DNA of 64,000 nucleotides, taken from positions 46,896 through 110,895 of the forward strand of contig JBHLRP010000004.1 of NCBI GenBank assembly GCA_048882485.1, given 5' to 3'. Both the position numbers and the translations under genes were made by a program. The notes beneath the pieces are model-generated. The model did not search any database, was not told the DNA's origin, and saw nothing but the letters and a program-made list of their open reading frames with translations. Shown here piece by piece: positions 28,900-37,876 of this stretch (position 1 is the stretch's first letter; every line of letters starts with the position of its first letter). The DNA comes from Candidatus Thorarchaeota archaeon. Lineage in GTDB: Archaea > Asgardarchaeota > Thorarchaeia > Thorarchaeales > Thorarchaeaceae.

Positions 28900-29847
28900 T
28901 TATTCAGAGGCTGCCGCATCTTGAGACGTTTCAATCTCAATACCAAGATTCTGCCAATTTGGCTGGTTCTTTCTTTGCAGATACTGCAAGTGGGTAGTAA
29001 GACCAAACTCATCAGGCTCATGTCCAAACGCCAGAGCGAGTAGCTCCATGACATGCATGAGATCGAAATGATACTCCGCCTCAAAGTGTTTCTGAATTTC
29101 AACCTGTCCAAGGTCCAGTTGTAGTTCACAGAATGGACACGGAGTAACAATGATGTCAGCTCCTCCCGCGGCTAAGAGACTTTCAAACTTCTGTCTTGTA
29201 AAGTCAAGGGCGGTCTTGACATCTGCTGTTCTAACTGCTCCTCCAGCGCCACAGCAAATTAGCTCATCTTTGTATGGCACATATGTTGCACCGGATGCCT
29301 CACAGAGTTCTCGGAATATATGAGGCCGCTCTGAATCATCTTTCTTCTTGATCAGCTTGGGCCGCATCCAATGACATCCGGGATGAAGAGCCATTCGTAC
29401 ACCTTCGAGTGGGCGTGTAACACGTTTTCGAATCTTGTCCAGCCCTGCCGTATTGTAGAGCGCATCAACATAATGAGTGACCTCTATTGTACCTTTGAAC
29501 TCGCGCCCAATCTCAGCGAGATTCTCATTAACCGCAGTTCTAAGCTCTTCGTCATGTTTGAGCTCATGGTCAGCATCCCAAAGACTCGCAAAGCACCCAT
29601 TGCATCCAGTAGTGATATTCGTGCCTGCCTCTTCAGCTATTGTAAGGTTTCGTGCTGCTATTGATGCCCAGGTCACTTTATCAAATGATCCAAAGACTCC
29701 GGGGGCCGGACAACAGGTAGCTTTCTCCATAGGTAGAAGATCCATGTCAAGGTCTTCGAACACAAGCTCAGCAGCTTTCTGTACGCTAGGATATCTATGG
29801 GGAATTATGCAGCCTAGGAAATGTAAGAACTTTGGTCTCTTTGCCAT
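28900..29847 (-). CDS. hdrB: Heterodisulfide reductase subunit B (CCPAPG type)
   Basis: FLGC, TCCPAPG, GCNGC, HPGCH, CCGAGG and CPFC. Confidence 0.93.
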   Translation of the reverse strand: MAKRPKFLHFLGCIIPHRYPSVQKAAELVFEDLDMDLLPMEKATCCPAPGVFGSFDKVTWASIAARNLTIAEEAGTNITTGCNGCFASLWDADHELKHDEELRTAVNENLAEIGREFKGTIEVTHYVDALYNTAGLDKIRKRVTRPLEGVRMALHPGCHWMRPKLIKKKDDSERPHIFRELCEASGATYVPYKDELICCGAGGAVRTADVKTALDFTRQKFESLLAAGGADIIVTPCPFCELQLDLGQVEIQKHFEAEYHFDLMHVMELLALAFGHEPDEFGLTTHLQYLQRKNQPNWQNLGIEIETSQDAAASE

Positions 29848-29853
29848 ATTGTT

Positions 29854-30405
29854 TTACTCCTCCTTCTCTTCCTTCTCAGCAACAAGCTTGTCGAAACCAC
29901 TCTTCTTTGCGATCTTGACAACTTCCTCAATGGCTTCAGGGTAACTGCTTGCGTTTGGTGGCTTCTCATCAAGGCCAACCTTCTTTCTTAGGCCTTCCCA
30001 AGTTTCACCACCCAGAGGAACTGCATGTCCCGTGTTGAGCACATTCATCCCCACCTTTCGATGGGGCTCAAGCATATATCCCTCAGCGACTGCGACATTT
30101 CGGATAGCCTTGATGACCTCTGTTGGCTGAACGTCCTGAGGGCATCGATCAGTACAGGTATAGCATGTCGTGCAGTACCATAGCTCCATGCTAGAGATCA
30201 CTTCTTCCTTTAGACCAAGTAGGGCCTTTCTGATGATACCTCGCACCAGGTAGTTTGTGCGAGCCCCTGCAGGACAACTCCCGCTACATGTACCACACTG
30301 ATAGCAGCTCTGAATGTTAGGACCGCCTATTCTCTTGATCATGTCAACAAATTCTGTGTCGACCTCATCAATCATATGGATGCCCGGCTGGTCTGCACTA
30401 GTCAT
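29854..30405 (-). CDS. hdrC: Heterodisulfide reductase subunit C
   Basis: CYQCGTCSGSCP, WYCTTCYTCTDRCP, TGHAVP. Confidence 0.93.
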   Translation of the reverse strand: MTSADQPGIHMIDEVDTEFVDMIKRIGGPNIQSCYQCGTCSGSCPAGARTNYLVRGIIRKALLGLKEEVISSMELWYCTTCYTCTDRCPQDVQPTEVIKAIRNVAVAEGYMLEPHRKVGMNVLNTGHAVPLGGETWEGLRKKVGLDEKPPNASSYPEAIEEVVKIAKKSGFDKLVAEKEEKEE

Positions 30406-30514
30406 AGTGATGCACCGACTACCCGCGGTGCTTAGATTCCGGCCTTAAATCCATTGTCAAAAGGACGTTTCGCGAGAAGCAAAGACTCATTCCCTTTTGC
30501 GTCCATCATGAGCC

Positions 30515-31597
30515 ATGCTCTGTCCAAATCATGAGTATGAAGGCAGAATCGCATCCAAATCAATAGGACACTGTTCAATCTGCTTGGGTACTGATGATAG
30601 TGCTATTCATGCTGCCAAGGACAAGCACAAACAGCTCAGATTCAATCAAAACTTGGTTCCCAAAATACCTGAAAGCGGGAACATAGTATGTCCTGACTGC
30701 GGAAACCATTGCAGACTCATTGAGGGGGAGATTGGTTACTGCAACCTCCGTGTCGTAGAGCATGGAGCGGTCACTCATCGATTTCAAGGAAAGGCGATAG
30801 TTTCATGGTATTTTGACCCACTTCCAACCAATTGCGTGGCTGATTGGGTGTGTCCGGTCACAAAGGGCGATCCAACTTTTACGTACGCCAGACGATTCAA
30901 CAATCTTGCAGTATTCTATGGGTCATGCAATTCTGATTGCCTATTCTGCCAGAATGACAGTTTCAGAGAGATGATGGCTAAGGGAGAACCCTTGATGACG
31001 CCTAGAGAATTGGCTGCAGTAGCAAACGACAGGACTGCTTGTGTTTGCTATTTCGGTGGCGATCCAGCGTGCAATCCGGTTCATTCCTTGGAAACCTCAA
31101 AGATAATCTATGAGGAACGCCAGGCCCGAGTATGCTATGAAACCAACGGTAACATGTCACGTAAGTGGCTCGCTCGGACTGCTGAAATAGTCATGAAATC
31201 AGGGGGAACTTTCAAGTTCGACCTTAAGGCAGTGTCTCCTCGATTGTACACATCGCTCACAAGCATGACCAATACAACCGTTCTCAACAATTTCAGATTC
31301 CTCGCAAAGAAGGGATTGGAACGTGATGGAGAGTTTCTTGTAGCCAGCATTTTGCTGGTTCCTGGATATGTGGGTGTAAGTGAGGTAAGGAAGCTGTGCG
31401 AATTCATAATGAAATGCGATTCAACGATTCCAACTGCGCTTCTTGGTTTCCATCCACATCACGCCATGTCTGATCTCCCCCGAACAAGCAGGGCTCATGC
31501 GAAGGCTGCAATAGATACAGCTGAAGATGTTGGGCTGGCAAATGTGAGAATAGGAAACATGGGTCTACTCTCGACAAATGAATACTCGTTCGACTAA
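30515..31597 (+). CDS. Radical SAM protein, PFL-activating-enzyme-like
   Basis: CNSDCLFC radical SAM motif, FGGDP, ETNG, DLKA; extra N-terminal Cys clusters. Confidence 0.9.
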   Translation: MLCPNHEYEGRIASKSIGHCSICLGTDDSAIHAAKDKHKQLRFNQNLVPKIPESGNIVCPDCGNHCRLIEGEIGYCNLRVVEHGAVTHRFQGKAIVSWYFDPLPTNCVADWVCPVTKGDPTFTYARRFNNLAVFYGSCNSDCLFCQNDSFREMMAKGEPLMTPRELAAVANDRTACVCYFGGDPACNPVHSLETSKIIYEERQARVCYETNGNMSRKWLARTAEIVMKSGGTFKFDLKAVSPRLYTSLTSMTNTTVLNNFRFLAKKGLERDGEFLVASILLVPGYVGVSEVRKLCEFIMKCDSTIPTALLGFHPHHAMSDLPRTSRAHAKAAIDTAEDVGLANVRIGNMGLLSTNEYSFD

Positions 31598-31687
31598 TGC
31601 TTTCCAAAAATCTAGACGCAAAACCAATCCTTATATCTCCAAATACTCGGCGTCCTAACGGAATCCAGATTTGCGAAGGTAACCCTA

Positions 31688-32236
31688 ATGGAGAAAAGCT
31701 TCTCGGGCGAACGAATCGAGTCTGAAGACATCGACCCGCAATTCACTGAGAAAATCATTGAGGCAGGGGCTGACAGAATTCGGACTTGTATTCAGTGCGG
31801 AACATGTTCCAGTGTTTGCCCGAGTGGACGTCGGACTGCCTTCAGGACACGTGAACTGATGAGAAAGGCGGTTCTTGGTCTCAAGGATGAAGTTCTAGCC
31901 AGTCCAGATCTTTGGCTCTGTGCGACTTGTTACACATGTCTTGAGAGATGCCCTAGAGAAATCAGGGTGACGGATGCAATAATCATCATGAGGAACATGG
32001 CTGTTGAAGAGGGGTTCATGCTTCCTCAACACAGGAAAGCCTCACAGAAGCTCATCTCAACTGGCCATGCTGTTCCAATCGATGAAGAAAATCGCGAATT
32101 GCGAAAAGACCTCGGTCTAGAGGAATTGCCACCCACTACGCACTCAAAGAAGAAGGCTCTAAAAGATGTTCAGAAGATATTGAGGAAGACTGGATTCAAG
32201 AGCCTCATTGATAGGCAGACCAAGGAGGGAGAATGA
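31688..32236 (+). CDS. hdrC: Heterodisulfide reductase subunit C
   Basis: CIQCGTCSSVCP, WLCATCYTCLERCP, TGHAVP. Confidence 0.93.
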   Translation: MEKSFSGERIESEDIDPQFTEKIIEAGADRIRTCIQCGTCSSVCPSGRRTAFRTRELMRKAVLGLKDEVLASPDLWLCATCYTCLERCPREIRVTDAIIIMRNMAVEEGFMLPQHRKASQKLISTGHAVPIDEENRELRKDLGLEELPPTTHSKKKALKDVQKILRKTGFKSLIDRQTKEGE

Positions 32237-32237
32237 T

Positions 32238-33140
32238 GTGACAGAAACAGAGGGTCAGAAGTACTCGCTCTTCCTTGGTTGCGTCATGCCAAATCGATTC
32301 CCTAATCTGGAGAAGAGCATCAGAGTCGTGCTCCCCCTGCTTGGAGTTGAACTCGAGGATTTGGAAGGGGCTAGTTGCTGTCCTGCACCGGGGGTAGTTC
32401 GATCATTCGATGAACCTACATGGCTTGCTCTCGCGGCCCGGAACCTCGCCCTTGCGGAAATGGCTGGAAACGATATAATCACAGGATGCAATGGTTGCTA
32501 TGGGACGTTCAAGGAGGCACTCTCAGAGGTTCACGACCATCCTGAGAGACTGAAACAGGTGCAAGACGTCTTTGATGGAATGAATATCACTTTCAATGCA
32601 GAGGTCGATGCAAAGCACGTCATAGAGGTCATTTCCAATATGGGCGCTGAACGAATCAGGGAGCTTGTTACACATCCACTAGAGGGGATTAGGATCGCAG
32701 TTCACTATGGGTGTCATCTCCTTAAACCAAGCAAGAACAAGCCTTGGAGAAAGACTCAGAACCATACATTTCTTGATGAATTGGTTGAAGCGACGGGTGC
32801 AGAGAGCGTAAGATACAAGGACAAGTCGCTTTGCTGTGGCGCGGGAGGAGGCATGAGGGGAGGCAATGTGGCAATCAGCGTTGATATTGCCAAAGAGAAG
32901 CTAGACAATATGTTGGCAGCCGGAGTTGACTGTGTTCTCAATGTCTGTTCATTTTGTCATCTCCAGTATGAGCTGGCTCAACCTCAGCTGAACAAGGAGA
33001 TCGGAGAGGAAAGATATCAGATACCGGTGATTTACTACACACAGCTCCTAGGCCTGGCTCTTGGTCTGGACCCAAGCGAATTGGGGCTTGACAAGCATGT
33101 TGTTAGCACAAAGCCATTATTGAACAAGATATTCAGATGA
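32238..33140 (+). CDS. hdrB: Heterodisulfide reductase subunit B (CCPAPG type)
   Basis: FLGC, SCCPAPG, GCNGC, HYGCH, CCGAGG and CSFC; GTG 32238 directly after the hdrC stop. Confidence 0.93.
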   Translation: MTETEGQKYSLFLGCVMPNRFPNLEKSIRVVLPLLGVELEDLEGASCCPAPGVVRSFDEPTWLALAARNLALAEMAGNDIITGCNGCYGTFKEALSEVHDHPERLKQVQDVFDGMNITFNAEVDAKHVIEVISNMGAERIRELVTHPLEGIRIAVHYGCHLLKPSKNKPWRKTQNHTFLDELVEATGAESVRYKDKSLCCGAGGGMRGGNVAISVDIAKEKLDNMLAAGVDCVLNVCSFCHLQYELAQPQLNKEIGEERYQIPVIYYTQLLGLALGLDPSELGLDKHVVSTKPLLNKIFR

Positions 33141-33151
33141 CTGGCGAGGCT

Positions 33152-34096
33152 TCAGAACCATTTCTTTGCGATATAATACACGATAAGCGCCATGACTCCA
33201 CTAGTGACCAAGAATAGCACCAGGAATGTGAAAATCCGAGGATCAACGGGAGGGGGTGGTGTGGTGGTCGATGTTGTATTGGGAGATGTAGTTGGCGACG
33301 CCGGTCCACCAGCAGTGAAAGTGGCATCAGATCTATCCGATATGTGATATATTCCGTCAGTGGCTGAAACTTGAATTAGGTATGTGCTAAGAACAGGACA
33401 GGCACCACAGTCCCACATTAGCCATGTCCTATTCAAATCGGAAGCAATTGACTGGAATGTTGCGCCTGAATTAGAGGAGAAGAAGACCTCGTAGGTTAGA
33501 GTTTCATCTTGATTTATGTCCCATGCCTTCCAAGTAATGTTATTCGTGCCAGTCCAGGTTTCACCACCATTCGGAGTAAGAACTGTTAACCTGGGAATGA
33601 AGAAATTTCCAATGTAGACATTCTCGACTATTTTACTATATGCTGATCCATTCAGTAGCCACACGGTGGAGTTTATTGTGCAGGTCGCGTTATTACCAAG
33701 TCCGCGTGTGTCTATTATAACAGAATTCGTTGTGGAGCTATTTGATATCGCGGACGGGATTGCAGGTGCAGTCACCTCAATTCCTGCATGATCAACTAGG
33801 GATGATGGAGTCCAAATTGCATTCAGAGTGACGTGATCGCCTCCGATTCTGTCACCTGAATTCACAAAACCTATGTTCGGGTTGGTTCGAGACCAATATG
33901 TCAAATTCAGGTCAACATCTTCCGCAGACGGATATGCAAATTCATTTACATACCCCTCAAGAGATACATCAGGCAGTTTTTGCTTCTGTAGAGGCAATGG
34001 TGAAACTAACAGAACTAATAGGAGAAGAGAAATCATCTCCATCACTATGATTCTCTTCGCAATTGTTCGCTTCTGTTGATTCTCTCTTGATCTCAT
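33152..34096 (-). CDS. Cell-surface glycoprotein with Ig/FN3-like domain, Thr/Pro linker and C-terminal TM
   Basis: N-terminal hydrophobic segment, many NxS/T sequons, PNGGETW motif, SPTTSPNTTSTTTPPPP linker; ATGA overlap with the upstream gene sets the start at 34096. Confidence 0.75.
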   Translation of the reverse strand: MRSRENQQKRTIAKRIIVMEMISLLLLVLLVSPLPLQKQKLPDVSLEGYVNEFAYPSAEDVDLNLTYWSRTNPNIGFVNSGDRIGGDHVTLNAIWTPSSLVDHAGIEVTAPAIPSAISNSSTTNSVIIDTRGLGNNATCTINSTVWLLNGSAYSKIVENVYIGNFFIPRLTVLTPNGGETWTGTNNITWKAWDINQDETLTYEVFFSSNSGATFQSIASDLNRTWLMWDCGACPVLSTYLIQVSATDGIYHISDRSDATFTAGGPASPTTSPNTTSTTTPPPPVDPRIFTFLVLFLVTSGVMALIVYYIAKKWF

Positions 34097-34599
34097 TCGG
34101 TCTGTTCTGGAAATGGCTGTTCCCTCCAAATGCTGAATGCCTCGTACCATAATACCACACACGCCGATGCTAGCAGAAGAATCAGGGTTATAGAGTACCA
34201 GTTACTAAATAGGTACAACATTGTCATTAGAGCTGCAGTAAGCGAAGTATAGAAGGTAGCATAGAAAAGATAGCGAGGCACCATTGCTCTTCCTCGACCA
34301 ATGAAGAGTCGAAGAAAGCCAACACGTACGTCACGCTTCACCTCGTATTCACCATGAGCGTTCTTCTCGACAAGTCCAAATTGACGCAGCTTCTCGAGAT
34401 GGTGAAGTGAAAGAGAGGGGCTAGAGAGTTCTGTTCCACGTTGGACTTCTCGCGCAGTCAAAGGTGTAGGATGCCGTAAGAGGTACCAGTAGACCTGTAG
34501 GGTCTTGCCTTTAATTTGTTCAGCCAATTCTTCCGCAGTTGGCTCGTTATCAGGCAACGCCCACAGCTCCTTTTGGTAATCGATAGAATGTAGAGACAT
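34093..34599 (-). CDS. ArsR-like wHTH regulator with two C-terminal TM helices
   Basis: AREVQRGTELSSPSLSLHHLEKLRQFGLVEK HTH followed by two hydrophobic helices. Confidence 0.8.
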   Translation of the reverse strand: MSLHSIDYQKELWALPDNEPTAEELAEQIKGKTLQVYWYLLRHPTPLTAREVQRGTELSSPSLSLHHLEKLRQFGLVEKNAHGEYEVKRDVRVGFLRLFIGRGRAMVPRYLFYATFYTSLTAALMTMLYLFSNWYSITLILLLASACVVLWYEAFSIWREQPFPEQTE

Positions 34600-34744
34600 G
34601 CTTTAAACTCTGGCCCTTTGCTCATCCAATATATAGTCCGCCAAGGTAAGGCTCATATAGCTCGACAGTTCGCCCATGCGCAGGGCAGTCGAGGAACTGT
34701 CTCAGTCAATCCTCTGATAACTGACAGGAAGGCATCAGGAGAAT

Positions 34745-35095
34745 ATGGTTGTGTCAGCCGTTCGAAAACCAATAACACCAAAACCCGCAAGAGAAAGGGA
34801 GAAAGTCTTGGTGATATTAGAGGAACAGTGCAAGCAGTGTGGCCTCTGCATCGAGTTTTGTCCTAAGAATGTTCTCTGCTTTGACACGTCCAAGTACAAT
34901 CGGAAGGGTTACCACCCAGTGACTGCATGCGATATCGATGCATGTGTGAACTGCGAATTCTGTGAACGAATATGCCCAGACATGGCGATATTCTTGGCAA
35001 AGAAGGATGAGGCACGGAAGGCCTACAAAACGGGAGCAATGGAGGAGAACACTGCAATTCCCGAGTTTGACCGAGAGTCCAAGGAGGAGAACTAG
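34745..35095 (+). CDS. korD: 2-oxoacid:ferredoxin oxidoreductase delta (ferredoxin) subunit
   Basis: CKQCGLCIEFCP and CVNCEFCERICPDMAI; abuts the alpha subunit. Confidence 0.85.
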   Translation: MVVSAVRKPITPKPAREREKVLVILEEQCKQCGLCIEFCPKNVLCFDTSKYNRKGYHPVTACDIDACVNCEFCERICPDMAIFLAKKDEARKAYKTGAMEENTAIPEFDRESKEEN

Positions 35096-36232
35096 ATGCC
35101 TGAGAGGATCATGTTCACAATGGGAGATATCGCCTGTGCAGAAGGAGCTCTCAGTGCCGGCTGCAGATATTTCGGAGGATACCCTATCACGCCAGCAACT
35201 GAGATTGCAGAGTGGATGTCAATCAGAATGCCAGAGGTTGGCGGAGCCTATGTCCAATATGAGGATGAGATTGCGTCAATTACAAGTGTGATTGGCGCAT
35301 CGTGGACAGGTACGAAATCTATGACTGCGACATCAGGACCTGGTGTTAGCCTGATGTTGGAGGCCATCGGCTTGGCAGTTATGACTGAAACTCCACTCGT
35401 ATTGGTCAACATCATGAGAGGCGGTCCAAGTACAGGACAACCTACCAAGGGCCAGCAGGGCGACGTGATGCAACCGAAATGGGGGAGCCATGGAGACTAT
35501 CAGATCATTGCCCTCACACCAGCATCCGTTCAAGAGATGTTCGATCAGACGGTTCAAGCCTTCAATCTCTCTGAGAGATATAGAACACCAGTTTTTGTCC
35601 TGGCAGATGAAACTGTAGGTCATATGAGAGAACGTCTTGTCATACCTGATGAGAAAGACCTTAAACTCGAATACAGGAAACTGGCCTCAGGGCCACCCGA
35701 GGATTACCTTCCATTCAAGCCAGACGATGACCTCGTACCACCCATGGCACTACTTGGTTCGAAATATCAATTCTATGCAACAGGTCTGACGCATGATGAG
35801 CGAGGATATCCGAGTGACAAGGAGAAGGTCCAGATTGAATTGATTACTCGGCTAAATGACAAGATTATCCACAATGCTGACAAGATAATCGATGTTGAAG
35901 AGTTCATGCTTGATGACGCCAAAATAGCAGTTGTCGCCTACGGCACGCCATCCAGAAGTGCGAAGAGAGCAATCAAAGACGCCAGGGAACAAGGAATCAA
36001 AGCAGGGATGCTTCGTCTGAAGACTGTGTGGCCATTTCCAGAAAGGCAGGTAGCGGAACTTGCCTCTCAAGTCGACCATATCATTGTTGCGGAACAGAAT
36101 CTTGGTCAAATGTATCACATGATTAGGGCTGGGGCTGCTCCGACTCCAGTTCACTTGATGGCCAAACCTGCTGGCATGCCACAGATTCCAAGCGAGATTC
36201 TCGCTAAGATAAAGGAAGTCAAGGCTCTCTGA
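35096..36232 (+). CDS. korA: 2-oxoacid:ferredoxin oxidoreductase alpha subunit
   Basis: GYPITP, EDEIAS, TATSGPG, RGGPSTG. Confidence 0.93.
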   Translation: MPERIMFTMGDIACAEGALSAGCRYFGGYPITPATEIAEWMSIRMPEVGGAYVQYEDEIASITSVIGASWTGTKSMTATSGPGVSLMLEAIGLAVMTETPLVLVNIMRGGPSTGQPTKGQQGDVMQPKWGSHGDYQIIALTPASVQEMFDQTVQAFNLSERYRTPVFVLADETVGHMRERLVIPDEKDLKLEYRKLASGPPEDYLPFKPDDDLVPPMALLGSKYQFYATGLTHDERGYPSDKEKVQIELITRLNDKIIHNADKIIDVEEFMLDDAKIAVVAYGTPSRSAKRAIKDAREQGIKAGMLRLKTVWPFPERQVAELASQVDHIIVAEQNLGQMYHMIRAGAAPTPVHLMAKPAGMPQIPSEILAKIKEVKAL

Positions 36233-36279
36233 TAGTTCATGGGCCAAATGCTTAAAATACGCTCAAAATTGGCTGGAGC

Positions 36280-37251
36280 ATGTTCGTTCTATTGACTGGG
36301 GCATTTGGTAATATTGGCGAAAGCACATTAATTGCGCTTCTTGAGAGAAATCATCATGTTCGGTGCTTCGATCTTCAGACAAAGAGTAATGAGAAGAAGC
36401 TGAAGCAACTTCAACGCATAGGTGAGTTTGATACAGTATGGGGAGATATCCTAGACTCGGAAATCATGAACGATGTCATAAAAGACATAGAGTGCATCAT
36501 TCATCTGGCTGCGATTATCCCGCCCATGAGTGACCAGAACCCGGACCTTGCATTTCGCGTGAACGTCGATGGAACGAGAAACATCATCAATGCAGCTGAA
36601 GTAAGCTTGAAAAAGCCCAAGCTCATCATTGCGAGTTCAGTGTCAATATTCGGGCCAACAATGCATCTTCAGCCTCCCCGTAGAGCATCTGATCCAGTAA
36701 ATCCAACCGACATCTATACTCAGACGAAGATGAAATGTGAAACAATGATTCGGGAGAGTACGATTCCGTGGACGATTCTGAGACTGGCTGCAGTCCCACC
36801 ACTTGATGTAAATAGCGACATAGCTGTAATGTTTGAGATACCTTTTGACCAACGGATAGAGTTCGTTCATACTCGAGATGTTGGTGTTGCTTTTGCGAAT
36901 TCAGTGACGGCTGAAACCCAAGGAAAGACTCTGCTAATCGGAGGAGGAAAGGATAGCCAAATGCTTCAGGTTGATTTCATTAGAAGAATACTGGAAGCTT
37001 CCGGACTTGATTTGCCCCCTGAGGAGGCCTTTAGAGCTCCGTCTAGGCCAGAAGAGTACTTCTACACAGACTGGTTAGACACGGAAGAATCGCAGAGACT
37101 GCTTCAATATCAGATTAGAACATTTGACGAATACCTAGAGGAAATCAAGAGATCCTTGGGAATCAAGCGGGTTCTTGCGAAGCTGTTCAGGGGTCTGGCT
37201 ATGAGGAAAATCGTTGCGTCGTCGCCATATATCCGCAAGAAAGAGGATTGA
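36280..37251 (+). CDS. NAD-dependent epimerase/dehydratase (extended SDR)
   Basis: TGAFGNIG, HLAA, NVDGT, YTQTK catalytic motif. Confidence 0.9.
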   Translation: MFVLLTGAFGNIGESTLIALLERNHHVRCFDLQTKSNEKKLKQLQRIGEFDTVWGDILDSEIMNDVIKDIECIIHLAAIIPPMSDQNPDLAFRVNVDGTRNIINAAEVSLKKPKLIIASSVSIFGPTMHLQPPRRASDPVNPTDIYTQTKMKCETMIRESTIPWTILRLAAVPPLDVNSDIAVMFEIPFDQRIEFVHTRDVGVAFANSVTAETQGKTLLIGGGKDSQMLQVDFIRRILEASGLDLPPEEAFRAPSRPEEYFYTDWLDTEESQRLLQYQIRTFDEYLEEIKRSLGIKRVLAKLFRGLAMRKIVASSPYIRKKED

Positions 37252-37259
37252 CTCCGCTA

Positions 37260-37775
37260 TCAGAAGAGCCAGTCATGGACGCTTCGAGCAATCAGTTCAA
37301 AGGCCCGATTGACATTCTTGTCAAGTGCGACCGAGCTTTCTATGTAATTCATGCCAAGCCTTGTGGCTGTATTCTGGCCTTCTTCTGTAGATACCACGCG
37401 GTCATCAATTAAATCCGTCTTGTTGCCGACTAATAGCGCTTGGTATTCTTCTACATTCTTATCAACTTCAAGCTTCCAATCTGAAATCGCGGTTAATGAT
37501 TCCCAAGAAGTCACATCATACATGAAAATGACTCCCTGTGTTCCTCCGTAATAATTTGCACGAACTCGCTCAAGGAAGCCTTGGGATCCAAGATCCCATA
37601 TCTGAAGGTTCACTGTGTTGTTGTCAATACGCATCTTCTTGTAGGCAAATCCAGTTCCCAGTGTCGGTGAATAATGCTCACGAAAGACTCCCGTGGAGTA
37701 GCGGATGATAAGACTGGTCTTACCAACTGATGGAGCTCCAACGGTAACCACCTTGAAGAGATAAGTCGGACTCAT
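37260..37775 (-). CDS. Rab-like small GTPase
   Basis: G1 GAPSVGKT, G2 YSPTLG, G3 WDLGSQ, G4 NKTD, G5 ESSVA; no C-terminal prenylation Cys. Confidence 0.93.
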   Translation of the reverse strand: MSPTYLFKVVTVGAPSVGKTSLIIRYSTGVFREHYSPTLGTGFAYKKMRIDNNTVNLQIWDLGSQGFLERVRANYYGGTQGVIFMYDVTSWESLTAISDWKLEVDKNVEEYQALLVGNKTDLIDDRVVSTEEGQNTATRLGMNYIESSVALDKNVNRAFELIARSVHDWLF

Positions 37776-37876
37776 AATCAGACTTCCCACGGATTAATGA
37801 TATTCTTTGAACAGATTTTTAGTTAATAATTGTCCTGACATATCCCGATTCTAATCTTGATGTCCTATTTGATTGC

